A stretch of 64,000 nucleotides of DNA. Origin: Ophelia neglecta. Lineage: Eukaryota. The position numbers were made by a program, and so were the translations under genes. The notes under the pieces were generated by a model, which worked only from the letters and a program-made list of their open reading frames with translations, did not search any database and was not told the origin of the DNA. The stretch covers positions 27,590,001 to 27,654,000 of the forward strand of contig OZ260663.1 in NCBI GenBank assembly GCA_965285935.1. The letters are read 5' to 3'. The stretch's first letter is position 1; each line of letters opens with the position of its first letter. Below, piece after piece: positions 26,319-38,620 of this stretch.

Positions 26319-26990
26319 ACCACCAAAGCGTGGCAGGGTGGTTAGGGAGCGTTCATTATTTATGGCCGGGGGGGGGGTGGTAAATTTTTGAAATGAGTAC
26401 GTCAAAAAAAAATTGCCCCCCCCCTGGAAATAGGATGGAAAAAAATTGCCCCCCCCCCTCAGAAATAGGTGGAAAAAAATTGCCCCCCCCCCCCCCCATC
26501 AAAGACAGAATTTGGCTAAGTTTTATCAGTTTCACTACACACTTTTGTACAATATATATTTCTAAATAAAATTGCGCACCCTGTGAATAGACTAAAAAAA
26601 AACTGTCCCCCCCATGGAAATGGGTTGAAAAAAAACTGTCCCCCCCCAAATTTACCACCCCCCCCGGCCATAAATAATGAACGCTCCCTTAGGGTGTTTG
26701 CCTCGCAAGTGGGAGATCAGGGTTTGCTTCTCGATCGCGTCAAACCTAAGACGTAAAAATAGGTACTGATAGCTCCCCTGCCAGGCGCCCGGTATTTTGG
26801 GGGTAGTATCAGGACTGGTCAACCCGGTGTCAGTATAATGTGACTGGGTGGGGTTCCCTGTCTGGTGTCTACAGCAGGTACTCCAGTGAAGCAGCACTCT
26901 AAAGAGGGCATTGAACCAACTGTCACAAATAGGCGCAGTGGCGATATGACCGATAAGTGTTGAAAGCCACGTAAAACCCCAAACAACAAA
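26319..26990 (+). mobile_element. tRNA-derived SINE, interrupted by a MITE
   Basis: 13-bp TSD CCCACAGTCTAAA (26306-26318 and 26991-27003). A-box TGGCAGGGTGG and a degenerate B-box become contiguous once the MITE is removed. Core ggactggtc..ccggtgtcagtataatgtgactgggtgggg; (CAAA)-type tail. Confidence 0.85.
26345..26688. mobile_element. PIF/Harbinger (Tourist-like) MITE
   Basis: ~30-bp perfect TIR GGGAGCGTTCATTATTTATGGCCGGGGGGG, TTA TSD on both sides, internal A7-8/C7-13 repeats. Confidence 0.88.
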
Positions 26991-28984
26991 CCCACAGTCT
27001 AAATGAGAAGTTTGCTTGTAAGCACATGGTTAAAAATGTGTGGTCCCTACCACCACCACTACCCCCCAGCAAATCAGGGGGGAAGGGGGAGGGGTAGGTT
27101 GGTATGCCTGCCAAGAAATCCTGTCCTAAGGGTTTGATTACATATAGGCCTAAGCATTTTTATTTCTGAATTATTTTTAAGGCTACTAACTTCCACTGTT
27201 TGAACTTTCCCAGCCTTTGTCTAAACTTTCTCAGGTCAGAATAAAATACTTAAGGAAAGTTTTAATTAAAAGTCCAATTAAAATCAACATTATGATATAT
27301 ACTTATATACTACTATTAGCATGCCCTCTCACTGTAAGCACCAGGCTTACATTATAGTAGTATTTAATAAAGGTAGTCACAGCGTTGCCAAAGTTGTCCG
27401 AATTTCTCAAGTTTTCTCTAAACTATTGTAAACATTTTTAGCGTTACGGTATTATGAAGACAGACAGAAACCTTTGTTCTCAAAAAAACAACCTCTCATT
27501 GAATATCAATTAATATAATATGTAAATTTAACATTTACTCCATATAAAGTCAAATCAGCCATTTGATTGCATGGTCAGTTTATCCTAAATAGTTAAAAAA
27601 AATAGATAAGAATTAATAAGTAAATAATGACTGCCATTGGGGGCAATAGCGTGAATTATAATATACTAGGGAATGTGCCCCGAAGGACGCTATCCCGAGG
27701 CTCCAGGCCATGTAGCGCTTCGGGGCATACTCCAAAATATTTTCTCCAAAATTCGGCCAATAATCCAGATATATTGACCGGTCTAGCAGGTCAGTAGTAC
27801 TTGAACTTGCATATGACCGGTCAATAATATTTGACTATTGACCGGCTCTCTGACTTGCAGTAAAAAGTGCGTTTTAAGTCATCCCACAGGACATTTCGGG
27901 ACCAATGAAGATCTTCAGTGCATATTGGGTATAAAAGAATACCGACTATGATACTGTTACCTGTTTCATTTGCATCTAATGTTGTTCCCAATCATTTCGA
28001 ATAAAAGCAAATGTAGACTTTGTATCTGATTATGCATGTTTAGATTATTCATGTGCCATTTTTAAAGATTAGGAATTGATTGCATCTTAAAGTATTGTAA
28101 TTACTTACCCCCTTTTTGGTATTTGAATAACACCCCCTCCCAGGTCAGGTTAATCTATAAAATCATATTCTTGATATCAACCCGCCCCCTCCATCAAAAT
28201 CACTCGGTGTTCAAGTTCCATCTCGCCCCAAATCCATACAAGCTTCACACATATCGATCAGAGATAAGAACTGTTCACAAATCCAGCATGATCCACAAGC
28301 TATATAATTAAATAGGCCTAGGCCTAGTAAAAGCTGTAAGAGTTAATAATATTCATTGACGAAACCCCCGCGTCATTGTTTCATAGTTGGCCTCGAGACG
28401 GACAGTGTAGGCCTTATTGACGTGAAAGTAACAGGAAATACAGGTGAAATGTGGGCAAACATGGCACCAATATTAGTTTGTTTGGAATATTGAAATGAAA
28501 TAACTTCGCTTTTTCTAATAAAAATGCCCAGGTTTCAAACTAGAATGTCCTTATGGGCAAGGTAGGGAATGGAAAAAAAGGCATGGTGTACGAATTCATT
28601 TCTTCTATTGGAATCCAGGATTTCCTTTTTTCAAACAATTTCTAATACTTTGCCCGGCGTGCCGAAATAACACAGAGGTCCCCATTCACATGTACATGGA
28701 GGGGCTGTAGAGTCCGTTGTTATCGCTCATAATAAAGTAGTCAAGCGCATCAAGTCTTAATGCACTTGAAAAGTTTGTTGTCAAGTGGATTGAACAGTGC
28801 TAGAGTTGACATTTTTTGGCTGTTTTTAAAAGAAGTAAGCACTTTAAAACTTATTCAAAAGACAATCAAACACAGAATATATAAGTGAATAAAGTTTTAT
28901 TTTCACTGTAATCCATCTTTGTTCACTTCGTACCTGTGAAATCCACAGTCTCTTACATCTACGTGATTTTCTATGTTTTCCTTC

Positions 28985-29858
28985 TCATTTGGGTTGATTG
29001 GGAACTGAGTTTGTATTTCTGCAGCATCCCGTATGATATCTGACACAATTTTTAGAACGTTTTTGTCGACAAGAGTAAATTCCTCTTCTGTCTCTTCTCG
29101 TTTGCTCTCGGACGGAGCTGTATTTTATCTTCTTGTGGGTCTGTATCCGGTTCACATTTGTCCCACAATTCACCGCGGACAGTATATAGTATATAGATAC
29201 TCCGAGCAACTGCAATATCGCCAAGCCTGAAAAATGAACAAATCATGTGGGAGGGAACCCCTTTGATTTAATACCTATACCTACGGCTGTTTAGTTCAGT
29301 TTTTTATTGATTTAGTCTGCGGAACATCATCTAGAGGAAAGTTTAATCCTAGAGCATGATTTGCAATGAACCAGAAACTAATAGGCCTACTGTAATGAAC
29401 TCAAGATGCTTTCGCTAGCCAGTAACTTGGAATAGGTCCAAAATAAGGTCAATGTTTACTCTATTCTGAACGTGGCCAATCAAGGCATTACCCCCAAAAG
29501 AACCAAACACTGATGATATAGTAGCTGCTCTGACTGGCAATAATGTGTATTTTTGCGACATGAATATCAACTATATTTGAATTGTCAAAAAGATCCCCAC
29601 ATCCCATATAATAATCTTGTTATACTAATTCATTAACTCACCCTTAAACAAAATATTCTGGGCGTGCTTATCCTCGCACAAGTAGACATCCATGCAGGTA
29701 GCCGTGCCGCCGTCATCCCCCGTGACGACGATCTGCTCGGCTGCTATACCAAGGAAAGGGGAGGTAAAGTCGTCTGCTGAGATGGCGAACACGAAAAACC
29801 AAACACAATGGACCGTTGACAATAGCAGGCCTATCACGTTAACCTGTTTAATCATCAT
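28985..29858 (-). CDS. Small type-I membrane protein of unknown family, ~152 aa; exons 29858-29642, 29226-28985
   Basis: A phase-1 intron (aagg|gtgagt ... catttttcag|gc) fuses two ORFs. The product has a signal-peptide-like MMIKQVNVIGLLLSTVHCVWFFVFAISA, a short acidic ectodomain with 2 Cys, a TM segment ILFKGLAILQLLGVSIYYILSAVNC, and a basic Cys/Tyr-containing tail. AATAAA on the minus strand at ~28901-28896. Confidence 0.7.
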
Positions 29859-29937
29859 GAGCAAATGTACGATAACAACCCAAAGAACAACCCAAAGATT
29901 ATCGGCAGACCAAGACAGGGAAGCAATGAGGAGCCAA

Positions 29938-30013
29938 CTCTAGGCAACTGCTTGTTTCTCGCTTCTACAGAAGTAACAACGTGACGTCATTTCAATTATC
30001 TCTCATGACGTCA
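29938..30013 (-). promoter_or_regulatory. CRE-pair promoter of the small TM gene
   Basis: Perfect TGACGTCA at 29982-29989 and 30006-30013; RFX half-site GTTGCCTAG at ~29948-29940; near-CRE at ~30155. Confidence 0.55.
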
Positions 30014-30942
30014 CCGCTTCCGCGTTTGAAGACGAAATACGGTATATGCTGCGCCACCATAACTAAACACCGAACATTGCAAAAATGTTAATCGGAGATC
30101 CATGCTAAGTGCAACTTTCCGTTTTGGTTCTTATTGTGGGTACATTTTATACGATGACGTCCCTGAGTACTTTGCAGAATTAGGTAAAGGGACCAGCTGG
30201 TGACAGTTTCTAGAAGAATAGATCTAGGTCATTAAGGCATGTGACCCTGAGGTGATCTAGATCTTTCTCTGGGTTCTCCTCTTGGTTTTGTTGTTGCAGA
30301 ACACTTGGCGTGGCATTTTTCTGCTGGTCTGAATCTGGGCTCCGATGTATAAGAAAGACGTTGGTGGTCGCTTTTCGCAAGGTCTGGATTGGTGGTAATG
30401 GCCCGGCTTATGGGGTTCGAGTGCAGTGGCTAGTGAGGAGGATGTCCTGTGGGTTTCCAACTCTTCTCTTTCGGTGATAGATTGTTCAAGGATATGATTG
30501 TGCCATATCTATAAGTTTCTTTGCGCTTGTTATTTCAACTTTTTTTAGTAGCTTTCCAGGCGATGCAGGGTAGATTTAGGTCAGGGACAATGTTGATTTG
30601 TCGTATTTGTTCAATCATGTAAAGTTATCGATTGAAGTCTCGAATTCCTCAAGGCTTTTTAGGAGGATCTTTGAGGTCGGTAAACATCTCCGTTTTACAT
30701 CTTCATGCTTATTTTCATCTAGATTAGCTCGCCGTTAGATAGGTCTTCCACTTCCGACGCTACAATGTAAATTTAACCAGAAATATGACTCCACCTCCTT
30801 TGGAATATGTTCGTTTTTCCTGAAAACTCCCAAAATGTGTCATCGTTTTCCGGTAGAAAATGTTTTCCGTGATTTTCCGCTAAAAAACATGTTACGCGAC
30901 CACTTTAATCAACATCATAAATAGCTTTAAACCCAGCGCAGC

Positions 30943-33143
30943 GTTCACAGCAAGGGCCAAAGACACGCCACGTTTACCGCTAGGGCCAAAGTCACGCTAC
31001 GTTTACCGCTAGGGCCAAAGACACGCGACATTTACCGCTAGGGCCAAAGACAATTCACGTTTACCGCTAGGGCCAAAGACACGCGACGTTTACCCAAAGA
31101 CACGCCATGTTTACCGCTAGGGCCAAAGGCACGCCTCGTTTACCGCTAGGGCCAAAGTCACGCCACGTTTACCGCTAGGGCCAAAGACACGTCACGTTTA
31201 CCGCTGGGGCCAAAGACAGGCGACATTTACCGCAAAGGCCACAAACACGCGACGTTCACCGCTAGGGCCAAAGACACGTCACGTTTACCGCTAGGGCCAA
31301 AGACACGCCACGTTTACCGCTAGGGCCAAAGACACGCGACATTTACCGCTAGGGCCAACGACAATTCACGTTTACCGCTAGGGCCAAAGACACGCGACGT
31401 TTACCCAAAGACACGCCATGTTTACCGCTAGGGCCAAAGGCACGCCTCGTTTACCGCTAGGGCCAAAGTCACGCCACGTTCACCGCTAGGGCCAAAGACA
31501 CGTCACATTTACCGCTAGGGCCAAAGACACGCGACGTTTACCGCTAGGGCCAAAGACACGCAACATTTACCGCTAGGGCCAACGACAATTCACGTTTACC
31601 GCTAGGGCCAAAGACACGCGACGTTTACCCAAAGACAAGCCATGTTTACCGCTAGGGCCAAAGGCACGCCTCGTTTACCGCTAGGGCCAAAGTCACGCCA
31701 CGTTTACCGCTAGGGCCAAAGACACGTCCCGTTTACCGCTGGGGCCAAAGACAGGCGACATTTACCGCTAGGGCCAACGACAATTCACGTTTACCGCTAG
31801 GGCCAAAGACACGCGACGTTTACCGCTAGGGCCAAAGACACGAGACATTTACCGCTAGGGCCAACGACAATTCACGTTTACCGCTAGGGCCAAAGACACG
31901 CGACATTTACCGCTAGGGCCAACAACAATTCACGTTTACCGCTAGGGCCAAAGACACGCGACGTTTACCCAAAGACACGCCATGTTTACCGCTAGGGCCA
32001 AAGGCACGCCTCGTTTACCGCTAGGGCCAAAGTCACGCCACGTTTACCGCTAGGGCCAAAGACACGTCACGTTTACCGCTGGGGCCAAAGACAGGCGACA
32101 TTTACCGCAAGGGCCACAAACACGCGACGTTCACCGCTTGGGCCAAAGACACGTCACGTTTACCGCTAGGGCCAAAGACACGCGACGTTTACCGCTAGGG
32201 CCAAAGACACGCGACATTTACCGCTAGGGCAAACGACAATTCACGCTTACGGCTAGGGCCAAAGACACGCGACGTTTACCCAAAGACACGCCATGTTTAC
32301 CGCTAGGGCCAAAGGCACGCCTCGTTTACCGCTAGGGCCAAAGTCACGCCACGTTTACCGCTAGGGCCAAAGGCACGCCTCGTTTACCGCTAGGGCCAAA
32401 GTCACGCCACGTTTACCGCTAAGACACGCTACGTTTACCGCTAGGGCCAAAGACACGTCACGTTTACCGCTGGGGCCAAAGACAGGCGACATTTACCGCA
32501 AGGGCCACAAACACGCGACGTTCACCGCTAGGGCCAAAAACACGTCACGTTTACCGCTAGGGCCAAATACACGCGACACGTCCCGCTAGGGCCAAAGTCA
32601 CGCCATGTTTACCGCTAGGGCCAAAGACACGCGACATTTACCGCTAGGGTCAAAGACACGCGACGTTTACCGCTAGGGCCAAGGACACGTCATGATTACC
32701 GCTAGGGCCAAAGACATGTTAGGTCCACGCTAGGGCCAAAGTCAAGCCATGTTCACCGCTAGGGCCAAAAACAAGCGACATTTACCGCTAGGGCCAAAGA
32801 CACGCGACGTTTACCGCTAGGGCCAAGGACACGTCATGATTACCGCTAGGGCCAAAAACACGTCACGATTACCCAAAAAACGCCACGTTAACCGCTAGGG
32901 CCAAAGACACGCCACGTTTACCGCTAGGGCCAAAGTCATGCCACGTTTACCGCTAGGGCCAAAGACAGGCGACATTTACCGCTAGGGCCAAAGACACGTC
33001 ACTTTACCGCTAGGGCCAAGGACACGTCACGTTTACCGCTAGGGCCAAAAAACGCGACAATTACCGCTAGGGCCAAAGAAAGGCAACGTTTATAGCTAGG
33101 GCCGAAGACACGCCACATTTACCGCTAGGGCCAAAGACACGCC
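30943..33143. repeat. 29-bp minisatellite (~75 units), consensus TTTACCGCTAGGGCCAAAGACACGCCACG, with higher-order repeats
   Basis: Direct period count (units at 30973, 31002...). Recurrent 21-bp deletion units at 31089, 31400, 31624, 31964 and 32275. Confidence 0.97.
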
Positions 33144-33688
33144 CCCTTTTTTATTCTCCGCGCGGACCTCTTTCCTTGCCTAAAAAAGAACCCTTTTCTG
33201 TGATTTCTTATTCGGGCATGAGGGAATGTTTTGGCCCTGAGTTGCTTACCTCTATTTCCATCTCGGCCACACTGTGCATTTCGCCCACTGTGTATAATCA
33301 AAGCCGCTAAGCGTAAGAGAAGGTCATACTACCCCAGTAAATAAAGTACTCCTTTCTTTGGTATATTTGTCAAGAATTTTAAATGTGCATAGTAATGCTG
33401 ATATAATTATTGGTCATGATACTTATCAAAGACTTATAAATGTAAACAACAACAATACGAAACTGGGCTGATTTTAAAATGCTTTATATTTTATTTCATC
33501 CGGTGTTAACGTCTTATCATTCACCTACCCTGGTCAGTGTGTTAATACGCCTCACATTTTCATTGAAGCACTCAGCATTTTAAACTATGTATCAGGATGC
33601 AAGTAAGACAAGTTAAGATAATAATAGTCCCTATTTAACTGTGTCAATGATAACAGGCGCCTACATGTACTACTATGTACTGCTTGTG

Positions 33689-36600
33689 TTAAAGTAGGTT
33701 CAAAGCTTTTCTACTCCTGTCGCGAAAGTGTATCGTCATCGGCGTCTTCATTCTGTATCGCTCCAAGTCTTCATTGGAGAAATTGGCAAAAGCCTTGCCA
33801 TTGATCTTGGCTTTGCTGAAAGCCATTGCTGCAGACGTCGGAATATTCAGGAGATGAAGAAACACCAGCATCTCGTGAACGGTGAATTTCGAGACGTTTC
33901 CATCTTGTGGAATCTCCACCAAAGCTGAATATAGAAAAATTCTTAGATAGCAGGTTGTTCTAGGGATACGTAAACTACAAAGTGGTTAAATGTATATATC
34001 GTAGCACTGGACTTAAAACATAAGAGAGGGTAAGCTTGAAAAGGCCAAGGTTGATGAGTTCTCAACCTTGACAAGTTTATTTACAGCACCATAAAAACAC
34101 ACAATATATATACACAATTTATCTTAGCATAGGATTACATAACAGTCTCTATAGGTAGTTTATACAAGTCTGTGTGGGAAAATTGGTATTTGATTATCTT
34201 CCCTAATCTGCTAATATAACATCAAGTTCGTACTTGCGAGTATTAAAACAAAGTTACCGAGACATATGAACTTAAATCAAAACAACCTACGTATCTTTGC
34301 TCCACCAAGCAGATCTTCTTTTAACATGATGTTATCATAGATACTTTCATTCAGGAATTCATCTGAAAGAAACCAACAACAAATAAAAAATGTAAACACA
34401 GTCCAAATCTTGTGTGTTTGAGTGCGTGTTGGGGGTGGGGGTGGGGGTTTTAGGTGGGGAGGGCATCCCTTTATGTTTGGGGAAACATTTTGTACTTCAA
34501 CCTTGAGCATTTTTCACTTAGTTTCTTTTGCTAGCGATAAAGATAGAATTGTTCTGTAGACACTTAACAATTGGCGGAAATGATGCCATTGTTAAAAGAA
34601 AACTTTATTAAAATGTAAGCGTTAATAAGTTGATACCCTGATTCACAAATCCGCCGAGGTATTTAAGTAATGCCCGATGAAAATGGTATTTAATAATAGC
34701 AGTTCCTTTTTATTCTCCTCGCCGACATTGATGTGCCAATATTATTTTAATTTCTAGCTTCGATCAGACTTAAATCCTTTGCAAAGAATCGGCTACTTGC
34801 CAAAATGATGCTTATTAATACGAGTCCAAATGAAAGCGTCATGGACATGCATGCTTGTGGGACGTTCAGAACACACTTCGTATTCATGTAAAATGAATCG
34901 ACTGATGAATAACATGCACATGTCCCAGTGTCAGTATATTTCGTTTATCACTTTCTTATGACAGTGTCCATTGCCTAGTAGCCAATTAAATTATTTTGTT
35001 TCAACGGATACTTCCTTTACCCCTGGTTTGTTTTCCTTCACCCGACTGAATGATGCCTATTATTTATTTGAAACTTCACGGTAAGTTTGTAACCAAGAAA
35101 TCAAAAAAGATCCCAATAGTCAAAGTTTGATCACATTTAGCATACATTTGCCAAAATGCCGATCCTACTTTAGAAAAATACCCAAATGATTCCCCAGGAT
35201 AGCTTGCCCCTTAGTGGTCCAATAACGTTGTACACATTTTATGAACAATAGCTAAACCCGCGTTATAATGATATACAACACATTCACTTGTAACCACTTG
35301 AATATGAGGATTTTTATGTTGTCATACTTGAAACAGGTTGACTATAGACTACAACAAAACTAGTAACTTTATTATCCCGATTTAACCTTGTAGGAATATC
35401 AAATATTACATTGATTTTAAGTCATTCGAATAGGAGTTTAAACCTACCAGACCGGTTTGTAGGTACACTGGCTTTCGTACTAGTCTCGGCTGGAACGGGA
35501 GGAGCAGGAATTGGAGCTTTCGGTCCTGTTAGAGATAAAACATATTCAAAACAATCCAGCTATGTTAGCTTGTTGTCCCGTATTTTTCTTATAAAGTGAA
35601 TTTGTCGTGAATTCATGTATTGGTTAGTGATAGCATAAACCCATCTTTAGAGTAAAGCTGATTAGGACCGGATTCATATTTGTTATCCGATCTATCTCAG
35701 TCGTATGACCTATGTACAATTACAAACTGTAGACCTACTGTGATGCGGACTTATCTGTTTGTCCCCTGGTCCTGTTCGTTCAAGTAATTGGGGAGGAGGG
35801 TCCTTTGCTGGAGAAAGGCAAGGGTTATAGGATTTTAAGGGTTTTTTATTGTATCATTTTATGTTTTGTTGAACAAATTCCAACTGCCTATATTAAGCTA
35901 CCTAAAGAGTCCTTTTACTAACCCTAACCAGGGTTAGGGCAGGTGCTGGAAGCATGTCTCGATTTCCTAGTTTAGTACCCACCCATCCCATCCCCAACCA
36001 GCCCTCTCATCGCAAGTAATCTCGAAGAAAGTTTATTTGTTCAGTTTGTTTATAAGCAGTTTATAACATAGGTTTGATAATTGTCGATTGCTGTGTGGCA
36101 GTTAGTGACCGTTCTTAGTCGATAATTCAAAAGGTTAATATTGTTCGTTATTCATGCCATTTTCCTATTCACCCATTGGCTATATATTCTATGTATGGGC
36201 AACACATATATACCACGTGATCAAGGTCGTTATACGAGTAAACACTAATGCGTTTGCTCATCCTCTTAAATTTTTTTCCCGCGGGGACGTTATCCTAATA
36301 ATAAGTCGTGTCTTGACTTGAAAAGGCACCATAGCAGAACTACTATACCAGATAGAAATACTTGCCTATCAATGTTAATACATGTATGTTATTGTACAAT
36401 TATCTACTGCGGTGTGTAGCTTGGACTCGATGCTCCCAATCGGCTATAACCAGACTTTTATATACACAACGTATTATTTATGTGATAGGGAACCATTGCC
36501 GGATTCGTATTCTCATGTACTTTGATACTGTGATAGATACTTATATATCCTACCTGATGAATCATAACGGTTCCCTCCTTGACCAGGGGAGCTAAGTGTC

Positions 36601-38620
36601 CGCGACAGTTGCCCAGTCCTGGACAGTGATGCACTGGGTGTTATTGTGGGGGGCTTTGGCACCTTGGCATTTCGTATGGACCAACTTGTTGCCCTACATA
36701 ACATGCATTGATACAAAAAGATAAAAGAAAAAAAATCATGTTTCTCAAATAGGCACATAAATTAGATTAGGTTATATTAGATAGTTCATCTTCGAGGAGT
36801 TGGCCCCAATGTGTTACAATGTTTCTTTATAGAGGATTAAGATTTTCTAAATAATTACTGAAGCGTAGAACTCACTTCTTAACTGTGCATGGAATGGGCC
36901 GTCTGGGCGGTGGCTCATCGAGGCACTCGTAATCACTGTAGACGCTGCGGACATAAGTAACCAGTTTGTTGTATACAGTTTCGGAGATTTCTTCGCCGAA
37001 GCTGTCCAACACGGTGAGAGCGGGCACCTTTTCCCTCCCCGATAGCCTCTCTTCGAAGGTGAGCATTAGCTGTGTTCGTAGAGGAAGGTGGAAGCTTCGA
37101 GCATAGTTGGCTTTCTTGCTGGCGACGACACAAGGCTCTTCAATGATATGGGTAAGCAGCATGTTTTTGCGAGTCGGTATAGGATCATATGTTGGGTCAA
37201 CAGTCAGGTCGCCCGAATCGTCGAAATGCACTGGCACTGGGAACTCCATAGCCCCAATCCGGTTCAATCGACAGAGATCTGTCTGGTCGGGTGTCAGCAA
37301 CTCCTCGTATAAACCGTCCAGGTTAAATGGCACGGTTATCTGTCGTCTGACTTGGTGAGTATTGGGGTCGAGCAGCTCGATGCTGCAAACCTTTATTTCG
37401 TCTTGTTGGCTTGGTCCGATATGGGAAGTCTTCCGACTGGACGACACCACGCGGACGATATCGCCCTCCTTCAGGTCGTGAAGGTGTTTGTATGTGACCG
37501 GGGAAGACGCTTTGGTTACTTTTACTTTGATAAGCCGCCTTGTTGAGAACACCTCCCCAATAGAACGGTATTCGGTTGGTAAGATACGTACAGTTCTGCC
37601 GTAGTTGAGTGGAATTGCGAAGAACCTCCCATTGAGACCCATGGCAAGGACTTTGGGAACAGACTTTATTTTATGTAGGAGGACTTTGACACCTGGACGG
37701 ATGCCGAGGTTATCACAGATGGTGGTCATTTCCTCCCAGCTGGTAACGGTGATGAGGCCGGGCAGGTGGCTCGGGTTCTTCTCGATGTAATAGTCCAATG
37801 GGTATTCCATGCGGACGGCCCCCGTGTAGGTGTCTTCTCGAGGACTAACCATGATGGGGGTGGTGATAGGTACAGCTACAATATCTCCTGGGCAGTCGCA
37901 GGGGTAGAGCTCTGCCATCAGGCTCGGGGCCTGCATGAAAAGCTCTCCCTTGAATCCATCCGGTACACCTGGGAGTGGCACTGTGCCGCGGCTGTATGGA
38001 TCTTCAGCAACTCTAAGCAAGCGCTTCCTGGGCGGCTGGTTATACACTATCTCTTCCAGGGTGTACAGTTTCTTGTCCTTGACCGCTATGAAATCCCCCT
38101 CGCAGCCCATGGGTAACTGCATCACTTTCTGAGTCTTATGATGTTTGCATTCCAGATAACAGAGCCCATGCTTTGTCACCAGTCGTATCAAGGTTAGGCG
38201 ATCTTTTGCAGCAAATTTTACTGTTTTTGTCATTCCGAAGTCTTTGGTAGCTCTCACAACAATGGGCCAAAACTGCACCATGTCCTTGACCGTGTGGTAT
38301 ACTACTTCCTTCTTAGTGAGTCCTAGAATGCCCAGATAGGGCTGACAAAGGAATTTTGTTGGGTGGGAGACAGGCACCGAGGTTTTAACATCAATCCCAG
38401 AGGAGGGGTCACAATATGACAGAGTGACTGTAGGACACACGATATTATGTAGAACTATAACATCTCCATTGGAAAACTCACAATCGGAGCCCTCCGTATC
38501 GTAGAACCCCTCTATCACCTTTACCCTTTGAGGAAGGGTGTATGAATAACTGAGAATGAAATCATTCAGACTGTTCTCAATATCTAGTCTATACACATCT
38601 TCCTCCTGTAGCCTGGCCAT
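33689..38620 (-). CDS. THEMIS-like protein: tandem CABIT domains + proline-rich region + C-terminal SAM domain, ~779 aa; exons 38620-36876, 36693-36554, 35807-35739, 35525-35448, 34362-34291, 33924-33689
   Basis: All six exons are GT-AG and phase-compatible (2,1,1,1,1). N-terminal SLNDFI..TLPQRVKVIEGFY...CEFSNGDVI resembles THEMIS SLEEFV..TLPRVLEIQAGIY...CCFSTGEVI. CABIT motif LECKHHKTQKVMQLPMGCEGDF. GEEISETVY...EPPPRRP resembles THEMIS EEITEEQY...HPPPRPPK. The last exon is SAM-like (VSKFTVHEMLVFLHLL...FSKAKINGKAFANFSNEDLE). Confidence 0.87.

Noticed and set aside
27670-27730. GC-rich hairpin (GTGCCCCGAAG...CTTCGGGGCAT)
   Set aside because: Not tRNA- or miRNA-like; it sits among repeat fragments and is probably TE-derived.
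30200-30790. Possible decayed LINE ORF1 or pseudogene on the minus strand
   Set aside because: Fragmented frames and no identifiable domain.
30943-33143. CRISPR-like repeat/spacer appearance
   Set aside because: The variable parts are only ~9 bp, related to each other and reused in order. There are no cas genes and the context is eukaryotic, so it is a minisatellite. The 29-bp period with TAG also argues against coding.
36933-38132. Overlapping and antisense ORFs within the THEMIS-like large exon (likewise at 16926-17309 and 7091-7518)
   Set aside because: Shadow ORFs of real coding exons.
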